64,000 nt of DNA, from NCBI RefSeq assembly GCF_009914755.1, contig NC_060928.1; one strand, given 5' to 3'. Positions 30,806-44,558 of the stretch are shown one piece after another. Within the stretch, counting starts at the first letter, position 1, and each line of letters starts with the position of its first letter. A model generated the notes under the pieces. That model was not told the DNA's origin. It saw nothing but the letters and a program-made list of their open reading frames with translations, and made no database searches. Both the position numbers and the translations under genes were made by a program. The stretch comes from the human T2T-CHM13v2.0 reference genome, Homo sapiens.

Positions 30806-31289
30806 TTAATATATCTTGGAATATTTGCTTTTTGTATATGCGTGTGAATGACATTGTAATTCCTTCAAAATTATTTTTTTGCTTTATGTATTAAACCAGT
30901 TATTTCATCAAATGACTTATTTTCATATACTTTTGCTACTTGTATAGAAATTCATGTAAACATATTTTACTTTGCTATTTAATTTGTACCAATGTTTACT
31001 GATATATTTTCTCACCTGCATGTTCTATGCAGACTTTTCCACATTTCTTTTATCTAGTGGATAGCTTTTCCGTCAACAAAATTAATTAAAATACAGTGCC
31101 AATATGTGCTCTATGTTTAGTAAAGGACTCAATTTACCAGTAAATTTGTTACATTTTTGCCTGTTATGTATCACTATGAATATATTTCTCTTAGTTATTT
31201 AATTTTATATATTTATATAATTTATTGAAAATTGCCATATACTCAGAATTCATGACTTCCCACTGGATTTTGGTATACTGTACAATGTA

Positions 31290-32075
31290 GTTCATAACCA
31301 ATAGGCCACACCAAAAGAACATAGAAGCCAGTATGAAGGGCTCCTCTTAGCCAAAGATGGAACAATCAGAGCATCAAAAATTTTTTGAATGCAGCGGACT
31401 GAACATATCAACTGTGTAGAAACGCATATAAAAGAGAGAAAGCATTTCCTCTCACTCCCTAGATCAAAAACCTAGTGGTTACCATTGAAAGTAACTAGAA
31501 AACCAACTCCTCCTTCTAAAGATTCGTTTTTAAAATAAAATATTAAGCATCAATTTTGCCAGTATCTGATTTTCCTATATTTCCGGGTAGCTAAATAGAC
31601 CTAAATGATAAGATAATTCCAACTAATAAATGTACAAGGAATGGTGGCATTAGAAAAATCAACATTTTGGAATTCCAAATGAAACATTTGAGCCAGAAAA
31701 ACAGTGTCAGTAGATGACACCATTAGATGAAAGTATTCATGAGGAATTTTACAACAGAGGCATCAGGTTGTCACCACCTGAACACACTGATCAATCTTAG
31801 CATCATAAAAGTGGGGCCAAATGTTGTATGCTTCCTGCTGTGATACAGCATGAAGCAGCCAGTTCTACCTTTGAAGTATTCTTACCAAAAAAGTTGAACA
31901 CATATCCATTAAAGCCTCCAGAGCTTACTTCCAGTCAAATGTAATGCATTTAACGTATATGAAGCAAATATGGCAAAATATTGGTAATTATTGAATCTGG
32001 GTGAAATGTAGAGTGTGATTCAATAAACTATTCTTTCTAGTTTTGTGTATGTTTGAAAACTGCATAATTAAAAAT
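31290..32075 (+). mobile_element. L1MC/L1ME-type 3' region
   Basis: 'gccaaagatggaacaatcagagcatcaaaa', 'caccacctgaacacactgatcaatcttagcatc' and 'gaagcaaatatggcaaaatattggtaattattgaatctgggtg...gtatgtttgaaa'. Confidence 0.7.
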
Positions 32076-32209
32076 AACACTCACACATAATTAGGATGCA
32101 TCTTATATTCCTGTATATCTTAAATTCCAAAAATACTGCCCCTTTGTGGTATGAAGAGGTTATGCAGATGTTAAAACATTTTAAGAGATGTGGCTTATGC
32201 TAAGGATGT

Positions 32210-32345
32210 CACCCTCATTTTAATCATAATCATCACAAACTGACAGACAAACTAAGGCTAAGAAAGGTGTTAATTAATTTACTTAAGATCACAGACAAGA
32301 ATATGGCAAAGATGAAATTCATGTTCAGCACTTACACCACAAAGA
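32210..32345 (-). mobile_element. MIR fragment
   Basis: 'aaactaaggctaagaaagg...acttaagatcacag' resembles antisense MIR. Confidence 0.5.
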
Positions 32346-32499
32346 TTATATTTTTAACTCTAAACAAGGGGTAGTAGGTGTTCCATTCCCCACAACCCAA
32401 TATTCCCCACAAACCAAGAGTTTATGGCAAGTTTGTTTAACATATATTATGATGAACTGATCCATAGTTTCAAGAAAGAAAACCACGTAATCTCAGCAT

Positions 32500-33009
32500 C
32501 TGAATCCCACCCTAATGTTTAGAGAATTCTCCTTATTCTCCATATGAGTTTTGGAGGCAGGAAAAACCTACCTGCCACTATTGTAATTAAAAACGCAGGT
32601 ATTTACTTTCCCAATCTCCTCTGAGCTTGCATCTGAACTATGCCCTACATTCTAGCAGATAACACGCTTGCCCCAGATGTTGAATTGAGTGCAGAATACA
32701 CCAAAGAAGAGAGGAACACGAAGAATTTTTCAGCAGTGGTTTTTGCAGCAAGATTGAGTGTCCTGGGCTCCAAGTGACTGAATATCCAATGTTCAATGCC
32801 AGTGGCATTCACTGTGTGAACTGCAGCAGAGGCTCATAGAGGACAGATTTGCAAGATGGTATTTGATTATGTTGTCTGCATAGCCTCCACACTGGTTCTC
32901 CAAACCTCTTGGTGATTATGTGACTTACCCAATACCCATTTAATAAATTCCTTTTCTGCCCAAACAGACAGAATAAATTCCTTGCAACTAAACACATTAG
33001 CTGATTTAC
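32500..33009 (+). mobile_element. LTR33-like (ERVL) LTR
   Basis: 3' end 'cccaatacccatttaataaattccttttctgc...ttgcaactaaac...gctgattta'. Confidence 0.55.
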
Positions 33010-34334
33010 CAGTTAAGAATCAATTTAGATCCTAAAGTCAAACAAAGCATACATCAAAATAAATGCCAAGTGAATTAATATATTGTTTTTAAATGATATG
33101 TTTAAAATTAAGAAAACTTAGATGAATATCTGATCTCTGAATAGAGAAGGTCTTTGTGGATTTAAAGTAAATAGTTTTTTACATGGACCAGTAATTCTAT
33201 AACTTAAAGACTAATATGATAAACAATATGTTTAAAGAAATATTTGCAACATTTTTGGCACAGTTTTACTATTTTATAGGTGTATAATGTTTTACAGGTT
33301 AATAAACCACTAATCAGTAAAATGGCAAAGAATGTGAATACAAAATTTACAAAAAGGAAAATATGAGCCAATATACATCTGGGAAACCAGTGCAGGCTCA
33401 ACAATGAAAAAAAGCCCACAAGTAATCCAGAATTCTCATTTATTTATTTAATAAATACCACGTATTTTCTAAGTGCCATTTCAGGTAATAATAGTACATC
33501 AATGAACAAAGGTAAGCCAATGATTTTGATCTGCTCTTATCTCAAACCTCTTCTAGATTTGTCATTAGTTCTCATAATAGCCAGTTATATTTTTCACTTT
33601 TTTTTTCTCTTCCCTGAAATCTGGTGAAAAGAGTTCACAATCAGGAAAGTACTTAAAATGCAGAGTATGAGAAATGAGTAATTATGCATAATAATTCACA
33701 AAGTGGACAAACATATGGGAATAGTCAAGTGAAATTTATCAAACTAATGAGTAAGTGAGCGATGGTCAGGAAATGAAAAAATTAGTTACTCCTAAATATA
33801 AATAAAAAAATAAGTCATTTTCTAGGAAAAATGAGACAGGCATGCTATTTTGATAAATGTCCGTGACTTACTCAGGCTCTAAAATTATTCAGAGGAAATT
33901 GTGGTATGAGACAAAAACTCAAATATTCCTCTCCACAGCCTTACAAACTCGGCATTTGATCCCATGTATCACCTCCAAAGGGGAAATTTATTCTGTAAAT
34001 AAAACTGCTCCTTGATCATTGGTTTTCATTTCTAAAACTACAAATTTATTTTTAACTTGGTGTGATGGATCAACCACTTAGGAAAGGTCAACTTTGTCTT
34101 CATGACTGTGAGATGTTATGTATGGGGGTAGATTTTCAGAAAGCTACAGGGCATAGGTGATACATAGTTCATTGCACCACTCTACGATTCCTGGGATGCC
34201 TGTGATGTTCACTCCATCCAAGCATTTGTTTTTAAGAGTTTGTGATATTCTGGGCTCATCTTTAAAAAGTAATAATTAGATGAAAAGAGTAATTAAAATG
34301 TGTTGAATTATAGAGAATTAAATATTAAAGTGTG

Positions 34335-34618
34335 TGGGGGAGATTGGGGATATGTTTAGTCAAAGGATACAAAATTTCAGTCAGGAGGAATAAGTTCAAG
34401 AGATCTACTGTACAGCATGGTGACTATAGTTAATAACAATGTGTTGTATTCTTGAGAATTACCAGGAGTAGATGTTAAGTGTCTAACCACAAAAAAAGTG
34501 TGTGAGGTAATGGATATGTTAAATAGTTCAATTTAGCTATTTCAAAATATGTGTGTGTATCATATTGTATACCACAAATATATACAATTTTTATTTTTCA
34601 ATTTAAAAAATAAAAACA
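34335..34618 (+). mobile_element. L1MA-type 3' end
   Basis: 'gtcaaaggatacaaaatttcag...ggaggaataagttcaagagatctactgtacagcatggtgactatagttaataac...' followed by an A-tail. Confidence 0.85.
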
Positions 34619-34664
34619 TAGCTTAAAAGATAAATTATATGGCCCTTGTCCTCAAAGAACTTAG

Positions 34665-35004
<340 letters not shown>

Positions 35005-35695
35005 AATTCAACATATTCTTAAAATAACTGTACTACCACTTATAAGGGACATCAGTATAAGCTGATTGAATAGGTGGAATGGTTTGTCTGTATGGCTAAG
35101 ATAATCAGAGTTTATTTCTTACATAAACCATTTAAAAGTGCATCATAACTTACTTAATGAGTTAGCCCTAATTCTTTACATGAACAATCTAATTTGTAAT
35201 GGAGTTAGAGTGCTAACTATTAAATGTGAGATTGAGAAATAAAGATCAGGTTTTGAATGTACATATTATATACATATTTAAATATTTTTGAGAAGATAAT
35301 AAAAATATTTATCTAAATCTTCAAAAAAATTAGCAATTATCTAGTGCAAATCTCTACCCACTGGAGCCATTGACACTTTCTCCCCCAAATACCAACTTAT
35401 TTTAATTTAAGTTGGATTTAGGTTTAGCATCATCACCTTCCATAGGAAGCCTGAGCATAAACTTGGTTTAAAGCAGTAAAGATTGCATGATTCTATGGGT
35501 GTTCCCTTTGCTCACACAATAGAGAAAAATGTCAAAATATTTTGAATTTGAAAAAGTGTATTAATTCTAAAACCACATGAATTTCCATCTAAAGTAAATA
35601 ATTTTATTGACATTTTCAAGATTAAAAAACATTAAAATAGAATTCTAAAATATTTAAATGACATGTTCATAAATTAATGTTAGACTATTATATAG

Positions 35696-36557
35696 GTTTT
35701 TAATTAAACTTTAAGTTCTATGATACATGTGCAGAATGTGCAGGTTTGTTACATGGGTATCCATGTGCCATGGTGGTTTGCTGCACCCATCAACCCGTCA
35801 TCTAAGTTTTAAGCCCTGCATGCATTAGGCACTTGTCCCAGTGCTCTCCCTCCCCTTGCCCCCCACCCCAACAGGCCCCAGTGTGTGATGTTCCCCTCCC
35901 TGTGTCCATGTGCTCTCACTGTTCAACTCCCACTTATGAGTGAGAACATGTGGTGTTTTGTTTTCTGTTCCTATGTTAGTTTGCTGAGAATGATGGTTTC
36001 CAGCTTCATCCATGTCCCTGCAAAGGACATGAACTCATCCTTTTTTTTTTTAATGGCTGCATAGAATTCCATGGTTTATATGTGCTACATTTTCTTTATC
36101 CAGTCTATCATTGATGGACATTTGGGTTGGTTCCAAGCCTTTACTATTGTGAATAGCACTGCAATAAACATACATGTGCATGTGTCTTTATAGTAGAATT
36201 ATTTATAATCCTTTGGGTATATACCCAGTAATGGTATTGCTGGGTCAAATTGTATTTCTAGTTCTAGATCCTTGAGGAATCGTCACACTGTCTTCCACAA
36301 TGGTTGAACTAATTTACACTCCCACCAGCAATGTAAAAGCGTTCCCATTTCCTCACATCTTCTCTAGCATCTGTTGTTTCCTGACTTTTTAATGAACACC
36401 GTTCAACTGGCGTGAGATGGTATCTCATTGTGGTTTTGATTTGCATTTCTCTAATGACCAGTGATGATGAGTTTTTTTCATATGTTTTGGCCGCATAAAT
36501 GTCTTCTTTTGAGATGTGTCTGTTCATATCCTTTGCCCACTTTTTGGTGGGGTTTTT
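35696..36557 (-). mobile_element. 5'-truncated L1PA8-like LINE-1
   Basis: 3'UTR 'gttttaagccctgcatgcattagg...gctctccctccccttgcc'. TSD TATTATATAG at 35686-35695 and 36558-36567. Confidence 0.88.
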
Positions 36558-36571
36558 TATTATATAGTTTA

Positions 36572-36815
36572 TATAGTTTTCTATTGCTGCATAACAGAAT
36601 ATCACAAATTTATCAGCTTAAAACATCCATCTATTATTTCACAGATCTGTAGATCAGAATTCCACGTGGTCTCCCAAGATCAAAATCATGGTATCAGCCT
36701 GGTTGGTGAAAAATCAACTTCTCAGCTGTGCCAGGGCTGCAGTAACAAAGTTCCACAGACCAGGTGTTTTAAACAACAGAAATGTATTTTCTCAGTTATG
36801 GAGGCCAGAAATCCA
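36572..36815 (-). mobile_element. Two adjacent MLT1 LTR fragments
   Basis: 'ttctattgctgcataacagaatatcacaaatttatcagcttaaaaca' and 'agggctgcagtaacaaagttccacagacc...aaacaacagaaatgtattttctcag'. Confidence 0.65.
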
Positions 36816-37249
36816 TCTTGATTGGATATTCCATGGGGTTAGCAGAAGAAAAACCAGGCTCTGTGTTCTGTATTCTATATAAAATTTTACCAATGCCCCA
36901 AACTATTCCACAATATCTGAAGACAGTTTTAAATTTACAATGCCAGTAGAGCTACTGGCTAAACTTAAATACAACAGCTTAACAGGAAATAACTTATTCA
37001 AAGATGGCTCTTAAGACATTCATAAAATACCTAGTCAAATTTGTTTCCCTAATTGACTAACTTATTTCCTGTTACTTGCTTAGGTGTTTATATAAGAGTA
37101 ACTTTCCTTCATACTGATTGAGCCCATGTATAGCCATACAACATTTGATCTAAAATTAACACCTAACCTCAAAACAATTATCATTCTAATGAGAGAGGGA
37201 GACAGGTGGAGGGCTTATGGAGGGGAAAAATGCATTAAACCTATGTTTA

Positions 37250-38165
37250 AATGTCATATAGCTCACTCACAAACTTTGCTGGGTCCTTTATCATCCCTTG
37301 CCCAGATTATTGCAATAGCCTTCTTTCTGGTCTCTCTTACCCCAGTATTAGAATGTTCTGTCTTCCTCAAATGCATCCTCTGCATTGCTGCCAGAGTGAT
37401 CTTACCAAAATACTCTGCATTATCTACAAGTTAAAATCCAAGCTCCTTAGTATGGCCTATGTCATCTACAAGTCACTAATGGCCCCCCGGACCATTTTTC
37501 CAGGTCCATCTCTTATCATTCCACATTGCTACTAATGCTCCAGACAAGTCATCTGCTAGTGAGTGTTTCTGCAAACACATTTGTTACCACCTTATTCTCA
37601 AGATGTAATTGATAGTTATCTAAAATGTGTTGAATGAATGAATAAATCATACTCTGTCACGCCTCTGTACATTTCTGTACATTGCTACTGAACAAAAATT
37701 CCTTCTCCATCCCATATTGTTTCTCTCTGAATTCCAACTACACTTCCAAATCCTGCTCAGGTGTCACTCTTGGCCAGAATCTTTCCCTGATCACCACCTC
37801 CCTCCTACAATACACTTAATCACACTCTCATTAATCCCACCTTGTGTATCCTTGTGAATTCTTAAGCATATATGTCACAATTTAATCATCTATTTTTTGG
37901 ATTTTTTTCATGATCCACAGACTGCCTGCATCAACATCACTTGGCAAAGTCTTAGGTATGCAAATTTTTAGTCCCCTCTTTAGACCTGTTGAATCAGAAA
38001 CTCTGGGAGTGGGGCCCAGCAATCCATGGTGTAACAAGTTCTCCAGGTGATTCTGATAAAAGCTAAAATTAGAAAACCCACTCTCCTGGGACCTTCCCTT
38101 ACTCATCTTAAATATCCTAAATCACTGGCACAAAGTAGATAATAAACAAATGTTTACTGAGCTGA
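37250..38165 (+). mobile_element. L2 fragments interrupted by MER5A
   Basis: 'gattattgcaatagccttctttctggtctc...gccagagtgatctt', '...tgttgaatgaatgaat' and 'tggcacaaagtagataataaacaaatgtttactga'. Confidence 0.65.
37895..38082. mobile_element. MER5A (hAT-Charlie MITE)
   Basis: 'gaatcagaaactctgggagtggggcccagcaatc...aacaagttctccaggtgattctgat'. Confidence 0.8.
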
Positions 38166-39509
38166 ACTTTAGCCTCTAAGCCTTTAATTCAATAAAACCA
38201 CCACTGGTCTTCTGGAAGACTTCCCCAGATAAGATTCTAAGGAAATGTTTAAAACAACACCAAAAAAGACTGAGACTGAAAGACATCTGTTGACCCTGGG
38301 CTAGTTTATTTTGGCAATGAAAATGGTAAAAATACATATATACATGTAGAGCTGTGAAGAATTTTCTAAATAATCTTTATAACAATGTTTACAGAATATG
38401 TCCAAAAAACCATAAGACCTATGCCAAAATTTAGTAGCAATTTATTTTTCCCTTCAAAAAATTATCTCAAACCATAAATTTAAGTTATGTGAAAGTTATG
38501 AAGTTACTGGCAGGAAATATCATCTCATTGAAAATTGGGAGAATTTTGTTGTTGTTGTTATTGAGTTTCCCTTTACTGCAAGAATTTATTTGGCTATAAA
38601 TCTAGAGCATCTTGGGAATTAATAGGTGTGGTCCCTTGGCCCTTTATCTCCAAAAAGCATCCTATTCTATCAAGAATTATACTATTAAATGGAAGGCATT
38701 AGTCCTCCTCTGGCTGAAATCACCATTGCCCGTTTATCTGACTTTGTGTTCTTTCAAAAGAGCCTACAGGAATTAGAGGCAATCAAAAATATATCCTGGA
38801 GGCAGCAAATGCACTCAATCCAACCCCTGGGAGTACATCAATCAGATAACAGTAAACAAGAACCTGGTGTTCTTGGCCACTACTTCTGGCACTTTCTTTG
38901 CTTAAGATTAGTAGTACATATATCCAGAACACTCTGAGCAGCTCACTATTGATAACATTCTCATTGTATAAATCAATACTTTTAATATACTTCCCTATGA
39001 AAGAAAAGATCAGTTCAGGAGAAGAAAGATCTTTCACAGCTATGATGGGTCTCCTCCTCTGTTTGTAACAAATGCTCTCTTACCAGTTCACCAAAACTCC
39101 CACCCCTTTTTGAGAAAAGCTACTCCTTATTCCAGGAAAGTTAAAAATCAACTCAGAAGTACCTGAGGTTGAAGTAGAGTTTCTGAGCTGACAAGCGGGA
39201 TGTTCAGAGGCTCTACATTCTCTCTCCTCTGCCCTTTTACCCATCAACTATAAAAGTGTGGTTATGCAAATTTTCAGCTACAGAGAAGGGGCAAGGGAAT
39301 TTTGATAAGAGAAAAGTTAGAGCAACATAAATCCTTGTCTAAAGCACCTAAATCCTTAGAAGTGATCTAAGAAATAAAGCATTACTCCCCGTACTCAAAG
39401 GAAAAAAATTTCAGAAACTTCTGTATTATCTGCTATGTACCTTCTACACAGAAATAAAAACACAAAGGTTTCTGCTTATCTATTTAAATTGCTAAAATTC
39501 CTGAATACC

Positions 39510-39930
39510 CTATTGTGAACATCAGAGTTCATGCCAGTTAAGCCAACAGAAAGACTTGCATACTGGATAGCTGTTTGGAAGAGCTGAAAAACCCAGAAAT
39601 TAGCAACAGAAGAAGGCTGTAACCACCTCTAGGCCCAAAGAGACCAAAAAAAAAAAAAAAAAAAAAGAGGGTGCCGAGGGAGGGCTGGAACAGTGATAGA
39701 TGGCCAGTCCTGCAAAAGCTATCACTATGACTAGACATACTCACTGCGAGAAGGGGCTCTCCCCAATCCAGAGAAAAAGAGAGGGGTAGATATATCCAGG
39801 CTTCTTGTCCTCCAATTTCCAATCTTCCATGTCTAAACCCAGAAAGCTTTTTCAAGACATCTCAAAAAATGAAATGGGCAAAGGATAGTCAGAAACTGAG
39901 AGCAAATAGGCAAATGACCAGCTCACCCAC
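39510..39930 (-). mobile_element. Old ERVL-type LTR fragment (LTR33/LTR41-like)
   Basis: 'aagccaacagaaagac...tagcaacagaagaaggctgtaaccacctctaggcccaaagagacc'. Weak match. Confidence 0.35.
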
Positions 39931-40640
39931 CATCCTAGTTGTTGTTTTTAATGTTCTTTGAGACATTAAAATGCTATATGATACACACAGCTGTAATTGT
40001 TTAACTTTTAAAGATTAATGAATGAATAGTAGAAGTTCCTATAAACTATTCCTATATTAAAAACAAAAGCTGTTTTAAAATTACTCCCAGAGTATAGCCA
40101 TGAGAAAATATAACTAGCATTAAAAAAAATTATATAACATTATAAATGCATCTCACATATTATAGCAATTATGCTTCTCTGAAAGGAAATCCTCAAATTC
40201 TATGATAGCCTGTGAGAATAGGCTTCTTATGAAAGCATGAGCAGAAAATTTACATGGAAAAATATGGTTATAAGGTTATAATGGTTACATTCTAGAACGT
40301 AGAGAGGACTGATAAGGATTTCAGCAAAATCACCTTATTTTTAAAATACTAATAATTATGATGATAAAAGTAATTAAAATATGTTGAATTAAAACATGTT
40401 AAATACTAAGTCAAATGCTAACTTACTAGGTATCATCTAGTACAAACCTCCATCCACTGCAGTTATTGCCTATTTCTCCCTCAAATACTAAATTATTTTA
40501 ATTCAACCGATATTGCATGCTTCACACCCACAAAGTGTATGTATTAGGAGTTACTGAAGCTAAAAGAGTACATTAAGAATTGGTATCATTTGTTGAACAC
40601 TTACCATGTGCAAGGTACTGTGTTAAACTCATCAGATGTC

Positions 40641-41039
40641 TGTCTTAGTCCATCTGTTTTGTGCTGCTATAACAAATACTGGAGACTAATTTATAAATAA
40701 CAGAAATTAATTTTCTCACAGCTCTGGAGACTGGGAAATCTAAGATAATGGTGCCAACAGATTTGGTTATCTGGTTAGGGCTGCTCTCTGCTTCCAAGAT
40801 GGTGTCATGTTGCTGATTCGTGCAGAGGAGAGGAGCACTGTCTTCACATGACAGAATGTAGAAAGGCAAGAAAGCCAAACACTGCATGAAGCCTCTTTCG
40901 TAAAGGCCTTAATCCCTTTTAGGAGGGAGGAGCCCTCACGGCTTAATCATCTCTTAAAGGGCTTACCTCTTAATGCTATCACATTGGCCATTAAGTTTCA
41001 ACACCTGAATTTTAGACGGGACACATTAAAACCATAACA
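40641..41039 (-). mobile_element. MSTC-like MaLR solo LTR inserted in a MIR
   Basis: 'tgtcttagtccat...ctgctataaca...ggctgctctctgcttccaagatggtg...aaccataaca'. MIR halves at ~40585-40640 and 41040-41210. Confidence 0.85.
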
Positions 41040-41210
41040 TTACTTAGCTACAATTTTTCCTCCACAAACCCCCATGAGGTGAGTACTGTCAATATCTCCA
41101 TTTTACAGATAAAGACATTGAGACATGGGGACATTAAATAACTTGCACAAAGTCACACATCTAATAATACAAAGGCAGATTTTTAGTCTAGCAGACTCTG
41201 TGCCTTGCCA
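41040..41210 (-). mobile_element. MIR (remainder)
   Basis: 'ccccatgaggtgagtactg...ccattttacagataaagacattgagac...aataacttgcacaaagtcacac'. Confidence 0.75.
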
Positions 41211-41379
41211 TGAAAATACACTGTTTCTCTTAGTGATAAGATCAAAACCTAATACTGAAGAGGAAGTAAGTAGCAATGACAATGACCAAAAATTGATTAA
41301 AATTAATTCTACCAGAAAAGGTACGGAGTGTTGTAGAAACAGGTTCATGATAGGTCTGTCCAGGTCAGGTTGATCCATC

Positions 41380-41525
41380 AAAATTCATTCAGCCCCTACT
41401 ATGTCCCAGGGCTGTGCTAGGCTCTAGGGATATAGAGGAGACATGGTACCTGCTAAGAAGGAGCACAAGGCTAGTAGAGAAGAGATCCGTGTATACAATA
41501 ATTACAATAAGATGCACTATGTAAG
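41380..41525 (-). mobile_element. L2 3' fragment
   Basis: 'cattcagcccctactatgtcccagggctgtgctaggctctagggatatag'. Confidence 0.65.
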
Positions 41526-41574
41526 TCATATACAAATACAAAAGCATTTGTATTTGTGCCAGGCATAAAAGTCC

Positions 41575-41658
41575 AGATGCTTGTCCACTTATGATGGGAT
41601 TATGTCCTGAAAGTCAAAAAATCATAAGTCAAACTGTTGTTAAGTCAGCAACCATCTG
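41575..41658. mobile_element. MER47/Tigger5-like MITE remnant
   Basis: TIR-like ends 'cagatgcttgtccacttatgatggg' and 'taagtcagcaaccatctg' followed by TA. Confidence 0.55.
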
Positions 41659-42898
41659 TAGACATCATTTTAAAATAAGGATTATGAATAAGGGTAATAA
41701 TACATTATAGATATTTTACTGATAACTTCCTGGGAAATTTTCTAAGAATTACAAATTCTAATTTTTAAAATGCCTTCTTGATAGATGTTTTTATTTCTGT
41801 ATTACCCAACACTGTGCATTCCATTGCAAACTTAGAGAGTTTTAGAATCAAATGGAGGTCGAGATGTCATCTCCATTTTCCTGCACTCCTATCCCAACTC
41901 TGTCCTAACATACCAGACAGATGAGAAAATCCTCTACTTTTGTAGGCAGCCAGAGAAGGGATTGCACAACCTCACTTAGTAGCCCATTCCAAAGTTTAAC
42001 AGCCTATTGGTTCAGCCAGCTCTCTTTTCCATGTTATCTTAAGGGCCAGTATTTTGTTCTTTCTAGAGAAATAAAGTCTAGGCTCTTGGACATCATGTAA
42101 TTTTTGTTTGTTTGTTTTGATCTAAGGAGGCTGAAATATCCTTAGCAACTGTTAAGCTTTGCTCAGATCCTTTGATCACGAGACATCCTAACCCCTTGCT
42201 GCAATCGCTTTCACATGCACAATACGGCCTAATAGCCTTAAATCAACGCATTAAAAAAAATATATAGTACCGACAAAGTTTCAGGACTTACACAAGGAAT
42301 TTTCTCATAGAGCATTCCACTTAATTCCTACAATCCAATGAGTAAAAATTATAATATATTTTAACTGGAGGAGGTCCTTCTATTCTATGCATATTATCTT
42401 TCTCCATAGAATAGCAATAATTTCTCTTTATGAAAAGGATTAATGCATTATTTTTAGACTACTCTATTTCCCCCAAAGATAGAAATGCCAAAAAGATTTG
42501 TGCTTCACTCTGAAAAATCATACGTTGTGACCCTGGTGATAAGGAAAATAACTTAACATTATCTATTACCAAATTTAGAAATTCTTCCTGGAGCTCATTT
42601 TCCCATGTGAGCACCTGGCAAGCACACTTTATTCTCCCTCCTCCATCAGAATAGCCAATCTGTCTTTTTGCTGTTGGAGGCAAAAATGAACTCCACATTT
42701 TCTAGTTGGTTCTTGAATAGGATCTTACAAAGTATTGATATGGTTTTGATAACTGGAGGAACACCAGGGTTTTTGGTTTTGCACTGATTTAGATAAAACA
42801 ACACGGACACATGTGGAGTGGTTTTAAGGAGCGGAGAGTTTAATAGGCAAGACAGAAGAAAGAGGCTTTGCCCTACAGAAAGAGAGGGAGGGGGCTTT

Positions 42899-43194
42899 TT
42901 GTTTGTTTTCTGAGACCGAGTCTCGCTCTGTCGCACAGGCTGGAGTGCAGTAGTGTGATCCCGGGTCACTGCAACCTCCGCCTCCCAGGTTGAAGCGATT
43001 CTCCAGCCTCAGCCTCCCGAGTAGCTGGGACTACAGGCATGCACCACCACACCCAGCTAATTGTTTTGTATTTTTAGTAGAGACGGGTTTCACCTTGTTA
43101 GCCAGGCTGGTGTGGAACTCCTGACCTCAGGCAATCCACCAGTGTCTGCCTCCCAAGGTGCTGGAATTTCAGGCGTGAGCCACCGCACCTGGCC
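42899..43194 (-). mobile_element. AluSx-like
   Basis: Full Alu. TSD ~AGG(G/A)AGGGGGCTTT at 42885-42898 and from 43195. Confidence 0.93.
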
Positions 43195-43490
43195 AGGAAG
43201 GGGGGCTTTAAGCCCAGAGAGGATACCCTGAGTATGGTGGAAAACAGCCGGTTATATGAGGAGGCTGGAGGAGGTGGTGTTTGATTTGCATAGGGCCTAG
43301 GGGATTGGTTTGACCAGGTGTATTATTTATGTAGCCCATGAAAATACTGGCCCTTTTACCCTAGCTTTCAATATGCAAATGAAGGGCGCCATGATGTTTT
43401 ACACACGTGGGGATATGTGGGGGCAGCCATGTTGCCAGGCACATGTTGAGGCAAGGAGAGGGCAGGAATTGCTATGTTTGGGTGGGTCCT

Positions 43491-43797
43491 TTTTTTTTTT
43501 TTTTTTGAGAGGGAGTCTCCCTCTGTTGCCCAGGCTGGAGTGCAGTGGCGCATCTCGGCTCACTGCAAGCTCCGCCTCCCAGGTTCACGCTATTCTCCTG
43601 CCTCAGTCTCCCCAGTAGCTGGGACTACAGGCGCCGGCCATCACGCCTGGCTAATTTTTTGTATTTTTTTTTCTTTTTAAGTAGAGACGGGATTTCACCG
43701 TGTTAGCCAGGATGGTCTCGATCTTCTGACCCTGTGATCCGCCCGCCTCGGCCTCCCAAAGTGCTGGGATTACAGGTGTGAGCCACCGTGCTCCGCC
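43491..43797 (-). mobile_element. AluY
   Basis: 'gcaagctccgcc...caccgtgttagccaggatggtctcgatc'. TSD GGGTGG(G/A)TCCT at 43480-43490 and 43798-43808. Confidence 0.95.
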
Positions 43798-43921
43798 GGG
43801 TGGATCCTATTTTTAATGGCCTGTATTTGCATATTAAAGCTTGCCTGCCTTTCTGTAAGAGCCAGGGCTTTCCTGCTAGACAAGAAACGTTTCTGGAGCT
43901 GCTTTAAAAGAAACAAAAACT

Positions 43922-44374
<453 letters not shown>

Positions 44375-44558
44375 TCAGGCTTTTCTGACACTGTCACTTC
44401 AACTTGCCTAATTTAAACATGAATATGACTTTACAAATTAGGCTTTGGCAAATATATTCTATAAATTGGGCTAAATCTGCAAACATCAAAGTTTCTGAGA
44501 AAAGTATATTTAAAGCAATGTGAAAAGATAAAAGGAAAAATATCGAAAAAATGTTATA

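Noticed and set aside
30180-31280. Possible old DNA-transposon sequence flanking the L1PA5 and MLT1A0
   Set aside because: AT-rich and degenerate; I could not identify TIRs or transposase motifs by eye.
41830-42020. Possible CR1/L3 fragment ('cacaacctcacttagtagcccattcca')
   Set aside because: The match is too short to call without a profile search.
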